Part shown: in pieces, positions 46,913 through 56,184 of the stretch | How the letters are laid out: each line of letters starts with the position of its first letter | Numbering within the stretch: the stretch's first letter is position 1 | Assembly (NCBI RefSeq): GCF_048267825.1 | Contig: NZ_JBLWWR010000009.1 | Span: forward strand, 27,443-91,442 | Origin: Pseudidiomarina sp. | GTDB taxonomy: Bacteria; Pseudomonadota; Gammaproteobacteria; Enterobacterales; Alteromonadaceae | Direction of reading: 5' to 3' | Length of the DNA: 64,000 nt | The notes under the pieces: model-generated | What the model was told of the DNA's origin: nothing | Databases searched by the model: none | What the model saw: the letters and a program-made list of their open reading frames with translations, nothing else | Position numbers and translations under genes: made by a program

Positions 46913-49630
46913 ATGAGCACGAATTACAAACTCAAGCCGCTGGTTTTAGCGGTTAGCCTTGCACTTGCTGCAAGTGGCCAAGCGTATGCCCAACAGCAAG
47001 CTGCTGATGAAAGTGAAGCCGAAACAACAACGGACACTAGCATTGAAGAAGTTGTCACCACCGGCACGCGTTTGCAAGGAAGTGCAGCTGCGGTTGTTGA
47101 TGAGCGCAAAAATCAGGCCTTCGTTGCCGATATTCTTGGTTCAGAACAACTGGCACGCACCGGTGATAGCGATGCTGCTTCAGCGCTCCGCCGTGTGACG
47201 GGATTAACTCTGGTAGATGGCAAATATGTTTACGTGCGCGGTTTAGGCGAACGTTATTCAAGCGCGCGATTAAATGGCGCAAGCATTCCAAGCCCAGACT
47301 TAACCCGTAACGTTATTCCACTGGATATCATTCCTTCAACCATTATTGAAAGCCTAGCGGTACAGAAGGTGTTCTCGCCGAGCATGCCTGCAGCCTTCGG
47401 TGGCGGTAATATCGATATTCGTACCAAATCGCTGCCAAGCGACTTTCAGGTGAATCTTGAGGTTGGTATCGGTCAAAATAGCAATGCCACGGATGGGTAT
47501 ACCTATAACCGCAATGAAGCCGGTATTCCGCAGAATATTCGCAACGCGATTGTTAAATACCGCGGTGATTTTAGCTTGCGTAATATTGTTGGCAAAGACG
47601 GACTCGTTGACAACGAACAGGGCTCAGCAAGTGAGCAAGCGCGTATGATCAACGCGGGGCTTTCTAAATCATTGCCACGCGACATTGCGCTAAAAGAAGA
47701 TTCGCTTAACCCGAACTACAGCATTAAAGCCAGTATCGGCAATAGCTTTGACGAAGACTATTTTGGTGGCAGCATTGGCTTCTTGTTAGCTGGCGCCTAT
47801 GACACCAAATGGAATGTTTCAGAGCGTTCTAGTGCTGTATTGAGCGAAAACGCCACAGAAGGTTGTGCCACAACATTAAACAGCGCAGAAGAAGTTGCTA
47901 ACTCGTGCTACAACACCTTAAGCGAAACCACACTGACCACCGAAACTGAGCGTTTAAACGGTGTATTCAGCGTAGGTTATGAGCTTGATACGCACAGCGT
48001 AAGTTATACCAAGTTGTACTTAACTGATGCTGAAGACGAATCTGAGTTTGGTATTTTACAAAGCCCAAATGGCAGTAACTTGAAAACCATTTACGGTTCA
48101 GGTTTAGCCAATCGTGAGCATGAGTTTAAATACGAAGAGCGTACCTTGGATATTGACCAAGTGCGTGGCCAGCACACATTCTTAGATTATTGGGGTATTG
48201 GCTTTGACTGGCAATACACGGAGTCTACAGCTGAAACTGACATACCTACGGACATGTCGTTCCGGTTTGATGACTTGTATGACGACCAAGGCAATTATCT
48301 GAGCACCGTCGTTACGGGCGATGATAACCGTGCTGTGTACCAATACGTGGATATGGAAGACCACGTGAAATCGTATAGCGGCAACTTGTCATTACCCACC
48401 AACTTAGCGGGTATGGATATTGAGTTTAAAGCGGGCTATGACTTCACCGACAAAGCACGTTATTACACCACTGACCGTTTTGCGATGGATAATGGCTCAG
48501 GTTTACGGATTTCGGTAAACGACGATTTGGCGAACATTCTGGGCGTAACGGATTACCTAACTGATGAGCGCATTGATGAAAGCAACTTTTTGTTGTCGTA
48601 TCGTGAGCCAACAGCGCCTGACGCCGATGATTACATTGCCACGCAAAAAACCGATGCGTTTTATGGCTCGTTTGACGCGTTTCTTACCAACAGCTGGCGC
48701 TTAGCCGGTGGTGTGCGTTGGGAAGAGTTCAAGCAAGTGTCTTTAGCTACTTCAAGTTTGATTTTTACACGTGAAGATTTAGACACCTACTACTCGGTTG
48801 AACGCATTCTTAACGGCACTACCGTTGAAGATGACTTCTATCCTGCGTTGTCCTTAACGTATATTGGCGATGAGAGTTATCAAATTCGTTTTGGTTTTTC
48901 GGAAACGGTGGTTCGCCCAGACATTCGTGAAACAGTTCCGGTTGCGTACTTTGACCCGATTACCGACATTCGCACCATTGGTCGTGCAGGCCTTGAAAGC
49001 AGCCCAATGACCAACCTCGATGCGCGCTTTGAATACTTTGCAGATAACGGCGACAACTACACAGTGTCGGCGTTCTATAAAGATATTGAGAAGCCAATTG
49101 AGTCAGTGTTAAGCGTAGGGGACGAGGAATACACGTTAAACTACGTGAACGGTATTTCGGCTGAAGTTTACGGTGTCGAATTTGAATGGCTACATGATCT
49201 GACGTATCTAGCGGATGGCTTCTTTACCAGCGGTAACCTGACCTGGAGTGATTCAGAGGCGGTTATTGACCCAGCGTTAGCCGGTAACTTAACCAACCCA
49301 ACGAAGCGCATGACAGGCCACTCTGAATATGTTGCCAACTTCCAGTTGAGCTACGATTCACTCAACGGCAATCACTCAAGCTCGTTAATCTACAATGTGT
49401 TTGGTGAGCGTATTCTGGCAGCTGGTATCGGCGGTCGTGGTGATGCGTATGAGCAACCATTCCATTCACTCGACTTAGTGTACAACTACTACCCAGACTT
49501 TAATTCTAAAATCAGTTTTAAAGTGCAGAACTTACTTGATGAAGAGCAAGACGTAACCCAATCAGGCGTTACCGTGCAGTCACGTGAAGTAGGGCGGGTA
49601 ATCAGTTTGAGCTACAGCTACGAGTTCTAA
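46913..49630 (+). CDS. TonB-dependent receptor
   Basis: Has a signal peptide and a plug region (..EEVVTTGTR.. TonB-box-like, RVTGLTLVDGKYVYVRGLGERYS). The C-terminal beta-barrel ends in ..SLSYSYEF, with a terminal aromatic residue. Confidence 0.9.
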   Translation: MSTNYKLKPLVLAVSLALAASGQAYAQQQAADESEAETTTDTSIEEVVTTGTRLQGSAAAVVDERKNQAFVADILGSEQLARTGDSDAASALRRVTGLTLVDGKYVYVRGLGERYSSARLNGASIPSPDLTRNVIPLDIIPSTIIESLAVQKVFSPSMPAAFGGGNIDIRTKSLPSDFQVNLEVGIGQNSNATDGYTYNRNEAGIPQNIRNAIVKYRGDFSLRNIVGKDGLVDNEQGSASEQARMINAGLSKSLPRDIALKEDSLNPNYSIKASIGNSFDEDYFGGSIGFLLAGAYDTKWNVSERSSAVLSENATEGCATTLNSAEEVANSCYNTLSETTLTTETERLNGVFSVGYELDTHSVSYTKLYLTDAEDESEFGILQSPNGSNLKTIYGSGLANREHEFKYEERTLDIDQVRGQHTFLDYWGIGFDWQYTESTAETDIPTDMSFRFDDLYDDQGNYLSTVVTGDDNRAVYQYVDMEDHVKSYSGNLSLPTNLAGMDIEFKAGYDFTDKARYYTTDRFAMDNGSGLRISVNDDLANILGVTDYLTDERIDESNFLLSYREPTAPDADDYIATQKTDAFYGSFDAFLTNSWRLAGGVRWEEFKQVSLATSSLIFTREDLDTYYSVERILNGTTVEDDFYPALSLTYIGDESYQIRFGFSETVVRPDIRETVPVAYFDPITDIRTIGRAGLESSPMTNLDARFEYFADNGDNYTVSAFYKDIEKPIESVLSVGDEEYTLNYVNGISAEVYGVEFEWLHDLTYLADGFFTSGNLTWSDSEAVIDPALAGNLTNPTKRMTGHSEYVANFQLSYDSLNGNHSSSLIYNVFGERILAAGIGGRGDAYEQPFHSLDLVYNYYPDFNSKISFKVQNLLDEEQDVTQSGVTVQSREVGRVISLSYSYEF

Positions 49631-49656
49631 TTTTCAGCACTGAATGACGAAAGGAG

Positions 49657-49682
49657 AGGGCGCAGGATGCGCCCTTTTTTTA
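49657..49682 (+). terminator. Rho-independent terminator of the TonB-dependent receptor gene
   Basis: AGGGCGC-aggat-GCGCCCT followed by TTTTTTTAT. Confidence 0.8.
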
Positions 49683-49852
49683 TTAGCGTAATCGGTTCTT
49701 AAATAAGTTGACGTAAGAGCAAGCACAAGTTAAATGTGAATTAAAAATTTAGGGGGCGTTGTGACGTATTCAATTAGTTCTGTTTGGATTTTCGCTTTTT
49801 GTTGTCGCTTTTGTGCTCCCAATTTATATAGGGAAATACAGTTGAGTGCGGT

Positions 49853-50236
49853 ATGCCAATTAAAAACCAGAATAATTTAAGCTTTTATACCGAAACCCCT
49901 GCGAGATTAGTGATTTTCTCGTTCTTTTCGGCTGGGGTTTATAATATGTACTACTTTTACAGAAATTTCTTGAAGCACAATGACACCTCCTCGCGATTAG
50001 TACTAATCACAAAATCAATTTTGTATCCGTTTTTCTGTTTTGGGTTGTTAAAAAAAGCGAGCGCAAACTCTAGCAAGGATTCGAGAACTAGCGTAACAAT
50101 TATGCTTTTGTGGGGTACGCTGTTTATATTTGTATATGCGGCTGGATTGTTGCAAGGGGATTGGAAGTATCTAGCATTCGCTACTTTCCTTCCTTTACTG
50201 GGCATCAATTACCTATTCAAGCAAGCAAGCGCCTAG
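49853..50236 (+). CDS. Hypothetical multi-TM membrane protein
   Basis: 127 aa with three or four hydrophobic helices, in AT-rich DNA. Confidence 0.5.
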   Translation: MPIKNQNNLSFYTETPARLVIFSFFSAGVYNMYYFYRNFLKHNDTSSRLVLITKSILYPFFCFGLLKKASANSSKDSRTSVTIMLLWGTLFIFVYAAGLLQGDWKYLAFATFLPLLGINYLFKQASA

Positions 50237-50274
50237 AATATTCTGTACGGTTTTATTTCAATATTCTTTACCAA

Positions 50275-50313
50275 CGGGCCAAGAGGCGGAATCAAGCCAC
50301 GACACGGTGATTT
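50275..50313 (-). repeat. Degenerate third copy of the tRNA-Phe 3' end (old att remnant)
   Basis: GGCCAAGAGGCGGAATCAAGCCAC-GACACGGTGATTT compared with the tRNA segment GTGCCCAGAGGCGGAATCGAACCACCGACACGGGGATTT. Roughly 31 of 38 positions match, with one 1-nt gap. Confidence 0.55.
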
Positions 50314-50416
50314 AGTTGTTAGATGTTTACTATAAATAGGCTCGTTTGCGCCTGTTTTGGCGCAAATCTGGTACGGCTTTAATTTAAACCTTTAGCACAA
50401 AACGTGGTTCGTTAAA

Positions 50417-50668
50417 TCAGCTATTCAAACCTCTAAGGAATCCTATTTGATAGCCATGCTCGAAATCAGATTCTGGATCGCCGAAGCCTTTCATTGGCTG
50501 CATAGGACACATGGGTATTAAGGGTGTTAGCGAGGTATTATTGGACTTTTGGTAACCAGCAACATATCCCGATTCGAAGCCGTTACAGAACTGCGCTGGT
50601 GTAGAGGCAATAGGTAAGGATAGAGTTAATAAAAGAACTGCAATGATACTAACAATGACTGTTTTCAT
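50417..50668 (-). CDS. Small secreted protein with GY-rich motifs
   Basis: 83 aa with a signal peptide and the motifs ..GFESGYVAGY.. and ..EHGYQIGF... It follows the upstream gene at 2-nt spacing. Confidence 0.5.
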   Translation of the reverse strand: MKTVIVSIIAVLLLTLSLPIASTPAQFCNGFESGYVAGYQKSNNTSLTPLIPMCPMQPMKGFGDPESDFEHGYQIGFLRGLNS

Positions 50669-50670
50669 TA

Positions 50671-50892
50671 TTACTCTCCTGATTTACAGGCTTCTTCACC
50701 CGCTTTATAGCCATCATAGTATCCACTTGAATATGATTCATTCTCAAAGTCTCCCTCGATCATAGTAGAACGAATCTCGCACTTCGTGTTGTAACCTGAC
50801 GCGTAACCATCATCGTATCCCACGTCGTATTTGTTCTCACTACTGCAACCAACGAGCATGGATAAAGCTAAAATTATGATTATTATTTTCAT
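50671..50892 (-). CDS. Small lipoprotein with GY-rich motifs
   Basis: 73 aa with lipobox MLVGC and the repeated motifs DVGYDDGYASGY and SSGYYDGYKAG. Confidence 0.55.
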   Translation of the reverse strand: MKIIIIILALSMLVGCSSENKYDVGYDDGYASGYNTKCEIRSTMIEGDFENESYSSGYYDGYKAGEEACKSGE

Positions 50893-51149
50893 CGATATTT
50901 ATCCATTTTCGAGGTAGTAATTAGTTGACTCTAGTTCCAATAGGAAATTATATGCGCTTTATCGTTTATAACAAATAATTAAAAAATAGACGATCTGTAA
51001 ATTCCCCATTTATAAGTAACCGTAACAGCAACCACACCTAGGCATTGTAATCCCCCGCGAGTCGGAGCAGCTATAAGTAGAACACTCCGTAAACTAAAAA
51101 CAAAGAAGTTTTCGATGCACCAACCTGTTACAGCACCGAAACGAAAAAA

Positions 51150-51224
51150 GCCCCTCTATTTCTAGCGAGGCATTTCGAATAATGGTGCCCAGGGGCGGAA
51201 TCGAACCACCGACACGGGGATTTT
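51150..51224 (-). repeat. Direct-repeat copy of the tRNA-Phe 3' 42 nt plus its downstream terminator hairpin (att site of a tandem islet)
   Basis: 51183..51224, TGGTGCCCAGGGGCGGAATCGAACCACCGACACGGGGATTTT, matches 54095..54136 with one mismatch. The preceding GCCCCTCTATTTCTAGCGAGGC matches 54062..54083 with one mismatch. Confidence 0.85.
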
Positions 51225-51561
51225 AAATTAGTTATGACATGACAGTAACTTATTAAAACTCATTACTAAACAACTAGTTGCGGTAATCCATGGTTTTCAT
51301 GTTTACGGTCAAATTGGTACATTTACGGGTGTTTTGGTACAAAATTGGCACATCAATAAGCTGTCAAAAAAGTAGATAGACGATATTCGACAATTAAACT
51401 AAACATTTAACAAGTTATAGAGCCGTACCAAACTCTAAATAATTTAGTGGTGTAGCATCGCTCAAAGGATCCATAAAAGGAGTTGTGCAAATATTCATCT
51501 TACGTTGATGTTGTGTTATAAGCGTATTTGAGTTTAAAAATTGTAATAAAAGGGACTTCCT

Positions 51562-52104
51562 ATGTTTTATAAGTTAAATATATATCTTTTAGTAGCAGTC
51601 TTGTTTGCAGTATCAGCAACTTCCGCAAAGTCACAAGAAAAATCTATATCAGCGAGCAATGGTGTAACTGTATCAGTGACGGAGGACAGTTTTGCTGAAC
51701 GTTTTGAATTCACTGCACCGACTTTAGAGTGGGAGCTAGAAAATGGAGATAAGATTGTCGCAATTGTTGCTGCCATAAAAGAGCCTAAGAAGCGAGTTCC
51801 GCCATTTATTACTGGTTTCATCGCATATGAAGACGACTGGAGAAGGTATTCTAAAGCTATTTTTAGGGGGGGAGACGAAGTTAATTTTGAATCTGTTTCG
51901 CGAGATGTACTGACCTGCTCGAGCCGCCCATGTACTTTAGTGGAGAGCTTCAATATTAATCTTACTCCAGCCCAGATAGAACGCCATAAAAAAAATAATG
52001 AACTTGTAATGCAGGTTCGTGGTGGAGCATCAAGTAACTTTCTAATATCAATTCCGGTTGACTATTTGGAGGCGGTTCAGGAGTTTTATGATGATAAAAA
52101 ATGA
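51562..52104 (+). CDS. Hypothetical secreted protein
   Basis: 180 aa with the signal peptide MFYKLNIYLLVAVLFAVSATSA. Confidence 0.55.
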   Translation: MFYKLNIYLLVAVLFAVSATSAKSQEKSISASNGVTVSVTEDSFAERFEFTAPTLEWELENGDKIVAIVAAIKEPKKRVPPFITGFIAYEDDWRRYSKAIFRGGDEVNFESVSRDVLTCSSRPCTLVESFNINLTPAQIERHKKNNELVMQVRGGASSNFLISIPVDYLEAVQEFYDDKK

Positions 52105-52298
52105 AGCGGGTCAAAAATATTCAGTTTTTTAGCCAGTCGTAGTTGTTGAAATTCATACAAAGAGCCTCGGATTTATTGTCTCGAGGTTCTTCGTTTGATT
52201 ATGTAGAAAGTTATTATCTGAATTCAGCTTTAACAAGTCAAAAGCAGTAACATACCCCAGATGAACTAGCAGCGTAGCTCCGCTTCAAGGAAAATAAA

Positions 52299-52586
52299 AT
52301 GAAATGGAAGCACTATCTTGTATTAATAATTTTCCTACCTCTATTTGCGTCTTGTGGTGAGAAACACAAAGAGAAAATTAGTGCTTGTCATGATCGTGTT
52401 CACCAACGAGCTAAGAATACAGCGGAAATCATTACAACCGAAGTGAAAGAAGATAAATGGAAAGTTGTAGTTCGCGGAAGAGTCAAATATCAGAATGGGT
52501 TCGGGGCGTGGACTAATTACAGATATGTTTGCTCAGTCTTTAGTGACAATAGCGTTCCATTTTTTGAAGTTACCGAAGGCTGGTGA
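52299..52586 (+). CDS. Hypothetical small lipoprotein
   Basis: 95 aa with lipobox LFASC. Confidence 0.5.
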   Translation: MKWKHYLVLIIFLPLFASCGEKHKEKISACHDRVHQRAKNTAEIITTEVKEDKWKVVVRGRVKYQNGFGAWTNYRYVCSVFSDNSVPFFEVTEGW

Positions 52587-52617
52587 TATTTACTGGTATC
52601 GAATTAAAGAGTGCTAA

Positions 52618-52989
52618 ATGAAAAGAAACTGGGAAATAATTAGAACAATACTTTTTCGTGTCGAAGAACGTACGTTACCTGCAGACATTCTTCGCTTATC
52701 AGATTTTCAAGAATTTAAGGCCGAAGAAATCTCTTATCATATGAGGTTGCTGTTGGAAGCAGGGTTAGTTCGGGGGGAGATGAACCGAACAATAGGGCCT
52801 AATGTGAAAAACTTTACGGTTTGCGGCCTAACTTGGGATGGACATGAGTTTCTAGACAGTATCAGAAGCAGCAAAGTTTGGGAAAAAACTAAAGACACAT
52901 TTATAGCAGAGGGAATATCAATGACTTTTGAGTTAGTTCAAAAGTTAGCGCACAAAGTTGCCGCTGCTGTGTTAGGTAATACACTTTAG
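52618..52989 (+). CDS. DUF2513-like winged-helix protein
   Basis: MKRNWEIIRTILFRVEE........F......EISYHMRLLLEAGLV.G.........GLTWDGHEFLD is the DUF2513 pattern, which is common in prophages and islands. Confidence 0.55.
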   Translation: MKRNWEIIRTILFRVEERTLPADILRLSDFQEFKAEEISYHMRLLLEAGLVRGEMNRTIGPNVKNFTVCGLTWDGHEFLDSIRSSKVWEKTKDTFIAEGISMTFELVQKLAHKVAAAVLGNTL

Positions 52990-53052
52990 CCACATCTGTT
53001 TAACCATAGAAGTTGTCGGTAAATATCGGATCTTGCCATAGAGAACAGTGTC

Positions 53053-53334
53053 ATGAACAAAAAATGTGTTGCAGTTACACTTAGTGTTTTAGCGATTGCT
53101 TTGGCCTTTCCTCCTGTCGGGAAAAGTATTGTTTTCCAAGGATTTTCGATTGATAACATTCAAGTTTTTGATTTTACCGGGTTTAGGTTTTTCCTATCCG
53201 CTATTAACGATGATTGGAACAACAACGCTGATTCTTTTCTCATCAGATACGATCTACTTTCGCTCGAAGTTTTAGTTATATCCTTCATTGGAACAGCGTT
53301 ATCGCTTCTATTGGCAAAGCCTATTCGGCAATAA
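53053..53334 (+). CDS. Hypothetical small membrane or secreted protein
   Basis: 93 aa with an N-terminal signal and a C-terminal hydrophobic helix. No family was recognised. Confidence 0.4.
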   Translation: MNKKCVAVTLSVLAIALAFPPVGKSIVFQGFSIDNIQVFDFTGFRFFLSAINDDWNNNADSFLIRYDLLSLEVLVISFIGTALSLLLAKPIRQ

Positions 53335-53487
53335 ATTAAGTTGTAACGCCCCCACATAATAACAAGTAGATTTATTTGACTAAATTTTAACCTTATGTAA
53401 TTAATTTGTTTCAAGCTTGGTTGGGATTTTAAATTACAACAGAGAAGAACTGTATGTTATCTGCCGATAATCTATAAGGAAATTTCA

Positions 53488-53745
53488 ATGAAATATCTTA
53501 TTACAGCGATTTTAGCCATTGTAATCCTTTCAATTAACAGTGATGTAGAAGCTCACAGTGGACGTACTAACGCAGCTGGATGCCACACCAACAGTAAAAC
53601 AGGCGACTATCACTGTCATAATGCGAAGACACCCACTACTGCAACATATTGCCACGTGATTAATGGCTCCTCTCGATGTGGTTACGCTTATTCAAGTTGT
53701 CAGGCTTTAGTGCGTCAGCATGGTGGATACTGCGCGAAGTCGTAG
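53488..53745 (+). CDS. YHYH-motif secreted protein
   Basis: Has a signal peptide, then HSGRTNAAGCHTNSKTGDYHCH, the signature of the YHYH family. Confidence 0.6.
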   Translation: MKYLITAILAIVILSINSDVEAHSGRTNAAGCHTNSKTGDYHCHNAKTPTTATYCHVINGSSRCGYAYSSCQALVRQHGGYCAKS

Positions 53746-53857
53746 TTTAGTAGATTTAAGGTTGCGGTATGAGCAATTCCAACGATTGAATGATAATGGG
53801 CTTCTTATTTAAATATGGACCGTAAACACACCAAATTGAGCGGGTATTGAAAATTTT

Positions 53858-54060
53858 CGTTGGCACGATTTACGCCATACGTGGGCGAGTTGGCATGCTC
53901 AAGAGGAACAAGTCTTCAAGAGCTGCAAGAACTCGGCGGTTGGGCATCTTATGAAATGGTTTTGCGCTACGCTCATTTGGCAGGACAGCATTTGAAAGCG
54001 GTTGCATCAAATGTCGATGGCACAATTGGCACAAATTTGGTACAAAGCCAGAAAAAGAAA
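53858..54060 (+). pseudogene. Tyrosine recombinase (P4-type integrase) C-terminal stub, 5'-truncated and frameshifted
   Basis: One frame reads RWHDLRHTWASWHAQE. After a 1-nt shift it continues GTSLQELQELGGWASYEMVLRYAHLAGQHL. Together these form the HDLRHT...LGH/GW...RYAH catalytic C-terminus. The upstream ~330 codons are absent. Confidence 0.8.
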
Positions 54061-54083
54061 AGCCCCGCTATTTCTAGCGAGGC
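54049..54083 (-). terminator. Rho-independent terminator downstream of tRNA-Phe
   Basis: The minus strand reads GCCTCGCTA-gaaa-TAGCGGGGC followed by TTTTCTTTTTCT. Confidence 0.7.
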
Positions 54084-54094
54084 CTTATCAATAA

Positions 54095-54170
54095 TGGTGC
54101 CCAGAGGCGGAATCGAACCACCGACACGGGGATTTTCAATCCCCTGCTCTACCGACTGAGCTATCTGGGC
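54095..54170 (-). tRNA. tRNA-Phe (anticodon GAA)
   Basis: The reverse complement is GCCCAGATAGCTCAGTCGGTAGAGCAGGGGATTGAAAATCCCCGTGTCGGTGGTTCGATTCCGCCTCTGGGCACCA. It is near-identical to E. coli tRNA-Phe, forms a cloverleaf, and has an encoded CCA. Confidence 0.95.
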
Positions 54171-54275
54171 GTCGGGGCGTATTAAACGAGTTTTTCGGGT
54201 CTGAGTCAACCGCTTTTTTGATGAAATTCGGTGAATTCAGACCGTTTGCTCAGGAAATACCCAATTTGTTGATTT

Positions 54276-56183
54276 TTACACCTTCAAGTAAGTTGTACCC
54301 GCTAAACACTTCTCGTAATAGTCAGTCCAGCGTACGCCTTCACGCGGAGCAATGTGTCCCTTACGTACTTCGCGGTCAATCGACTTCTTGACTGTTTTGG
54401 CCATGTAATCGGTGTTGTACTGCATGGTTTCAAGCACTTTCTCTGCTGCTGTGCCCGGAACCACTTCTTCAATGTAAAAGTCACCTGGTTCGTCGTCATG
54501 GCAGTAAATATGAACTTCGGTTAACCGACCAAACAGATTGTGCATGTCGCCCATTACGTCTTGATACGCGCCGGTAAGGAACATACCTACGTGGTAGTTT
54601 TCGCCTTTGCGTAGTGCGTGCATGGGGATGTTGTCGCTGATTTCGGTGCCCTCAATATATTTGCTGAGTTTGCCGTCGCTATCACAGGTGATATCCACTA
54701 TTGAACAACGCACTTCAGGCTTCTCGTCCAGGCGGCTAATTGGCACAATCGGCAATACTTGACCAATCGCCCACGTGTCGGCGGCAGACTGGAAAATAGA
54801 GAAATTACACAAGTATTGGCTGGCGAGCATATCTTCTAATTCTTCCAGCTCCTGAAAGACGAAGCTTTCGCGATCAAGCGATTGATGGATTTCCGTCAAA
54901 ATGCGCCAATACATGGTGTCGAGCTTGGCCATTTCGTCTAAAGACAAAATACCCAGTTTGAAGGCTTCATACGCGCTCTGCTTGAAACTTGCAGCGTCGT
55001 TATAGCGTTCTTGCGGGTGCATTTCGGTTGAGTTAACCAGCTCACGCATGTTGCTGACAAGAATGTGCTCGTCGGCTATTGGGCTGATGTCGAATTGGGC
55101 ACCGGTATTTTTAATTTCACCAACAATATTGGTCACCACACAACTGTGGTGTGCGGTAATGGCGCGGCCACTTTCACTGACTAGGTTCGGGTGGGGGACT
55201 TCTTCGAGATCACAGATCTGCTTCACTCCGTAAACCACGTCAGCAACGTATTCTTCGGTTGAGTAATTGCGCGACGAATCGGTGGTTGAGCTGGTTCCGT
55301 CGTAATCGATACCTAAACCACCACCAATATCTAAATATTCTAATGGCACGCCAATTTGAATCAATTTTGCATAAAGCCGTGCGCCTTCTGAAACCGCTTC
55401 TTTTACTTTGCGGATATCAGACATTTGGCTGCCGATATGAAAGTGCAGTAATTTTGCACAGTGCAGCATGTCTTCTTTTTTCAAAAGCTCAACAATGTTT
55501 AAGATTTCGGTAATGCTTAAGCCAAATTTTGCGCGATCACCGCTTGAGCCTGCCCATTTGCCTGAGCTACGCACCATCATCTTGCTGCGCAGGCCAATCA
55601 TTGGCTCAACGCCAAGTTTTTTGGCTAACGGGATGAGCATTTCCAGCTCACTGAATTTCTCAATAACAATAATCATTTTACGGCGTAACTGACGACCAAG
55701 TAGGGCGAGCGTCAGGTAATCTTCGTCCTTGTAGCCGTTCAGAACGGTTAACGCATTTGGGTTTTCGTTATACGCAAGCACCGCCATAAGTTCTGGTTTG
55801 GAACCCGCTTCCAGGCCGTAGTCGTACGGTTCACCGGCGTCGATGATTTCCTCGACCACTTCGCGCATTTGATTCACTTTAATGGGGAATACGCCAACAT
55901 AACGTGCGTTGTAGCCCGCATCTTGAATAGTTTTGGCGAATGTCTCATTCAAGATTTCAACTTGTGAGCGCAAGATATCGTGAAAACGGATAACCGCAGG
56001 CAGTTGAATTCCTTCAGCAAGAATTTCATCAACCACTTCTTTCATATCGATGTTCACGTCAGGCAGGCGATGATTGGGAGCAATTTGGATGCTGCCATTG
56101 TTACCAATTGAAAAATAACCTGCGCCCCAACGCTTTACGCCATAGAGTTCTTCGGCATCGTCGATTGTCCAGTTCTGAGCCAT
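54276..56183 (-). CDS. speA: Biosynthetic arginine decarboxylase
   Basis: 635 aa. The N-terminus WTIDDAEELYGVKRWGAGYFSI and the length are typical of SpeA. Confidence 0.9.
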   Translation of the reverse strand: MAQNWTIDDAEELYGVKRWGAGYFSIGNNGSIQIAPNHRLPDVNIDMKEVVDEILAEGIQLPAVIRFHDILRSQVEILNETFAKTIQDAGYNARYVGVFPIKVNQMREVVEEIIDAGEPYDYGLEAGSKPELMAVLAYNENPNALTVLNGYKDEDYLTLALLGRQLRRKMIIVIEKFSELEMLIPLAKKLGVEPMIGLRSKMMVRSSGKWAGSSGDRAKFGLSITEILNIVELLKKEDMLHCAKLLHFHIGSQMSDIRKVKEAVSEGARLYAKLIQIGVPLEYLDIGGGLGIDYDGTSSTTDSSRNYSTEEYVADVVYGVKQICDLEEVPHPNLVSESGRAITAHHSCVVTNIVGEIKNTGAQFDISPIADEHILVSNMRELVNSTEMHPQERYNDAASFKQSAYEAFKLGILSLDEMAKLDTMYWRILTEIHQSLDRESFVFQELEELEDMLASQYLCNFSIFQSAADTWAIGQVLPIVPISRLDEKPEVRCSIVDITCDSDGKLSKYIEGTEISDNIPMHALRKGENYHVGMFLTGAYQDVMGDMHNLFGRLTEVHIYCHDDEPGDFYIEEVVPGTAAEKVLETMQYNTDYMAKTVKKSIDREVRKGHIAPREGVRWTDYYEKCLAGTTYLKV

Positions 56184-56184
56184 A

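Noticed and set aside
50275-50313. A second tRNA gene.
   Set aside because: Only the 3' third of tRNA-Phe is present, and it is degenerate. There is no D-arm or anticodon arm, so it is treated as an att remnant.
53973-54209. A 78-aa minus-strand ORF, and the tail of the 53860..54159 plus ORF.
   Set aside because: Both read through the tRNA-Phe gene and its terminator. The plus ORF is real only as an integrase pseudogene fragment up to about 54060.
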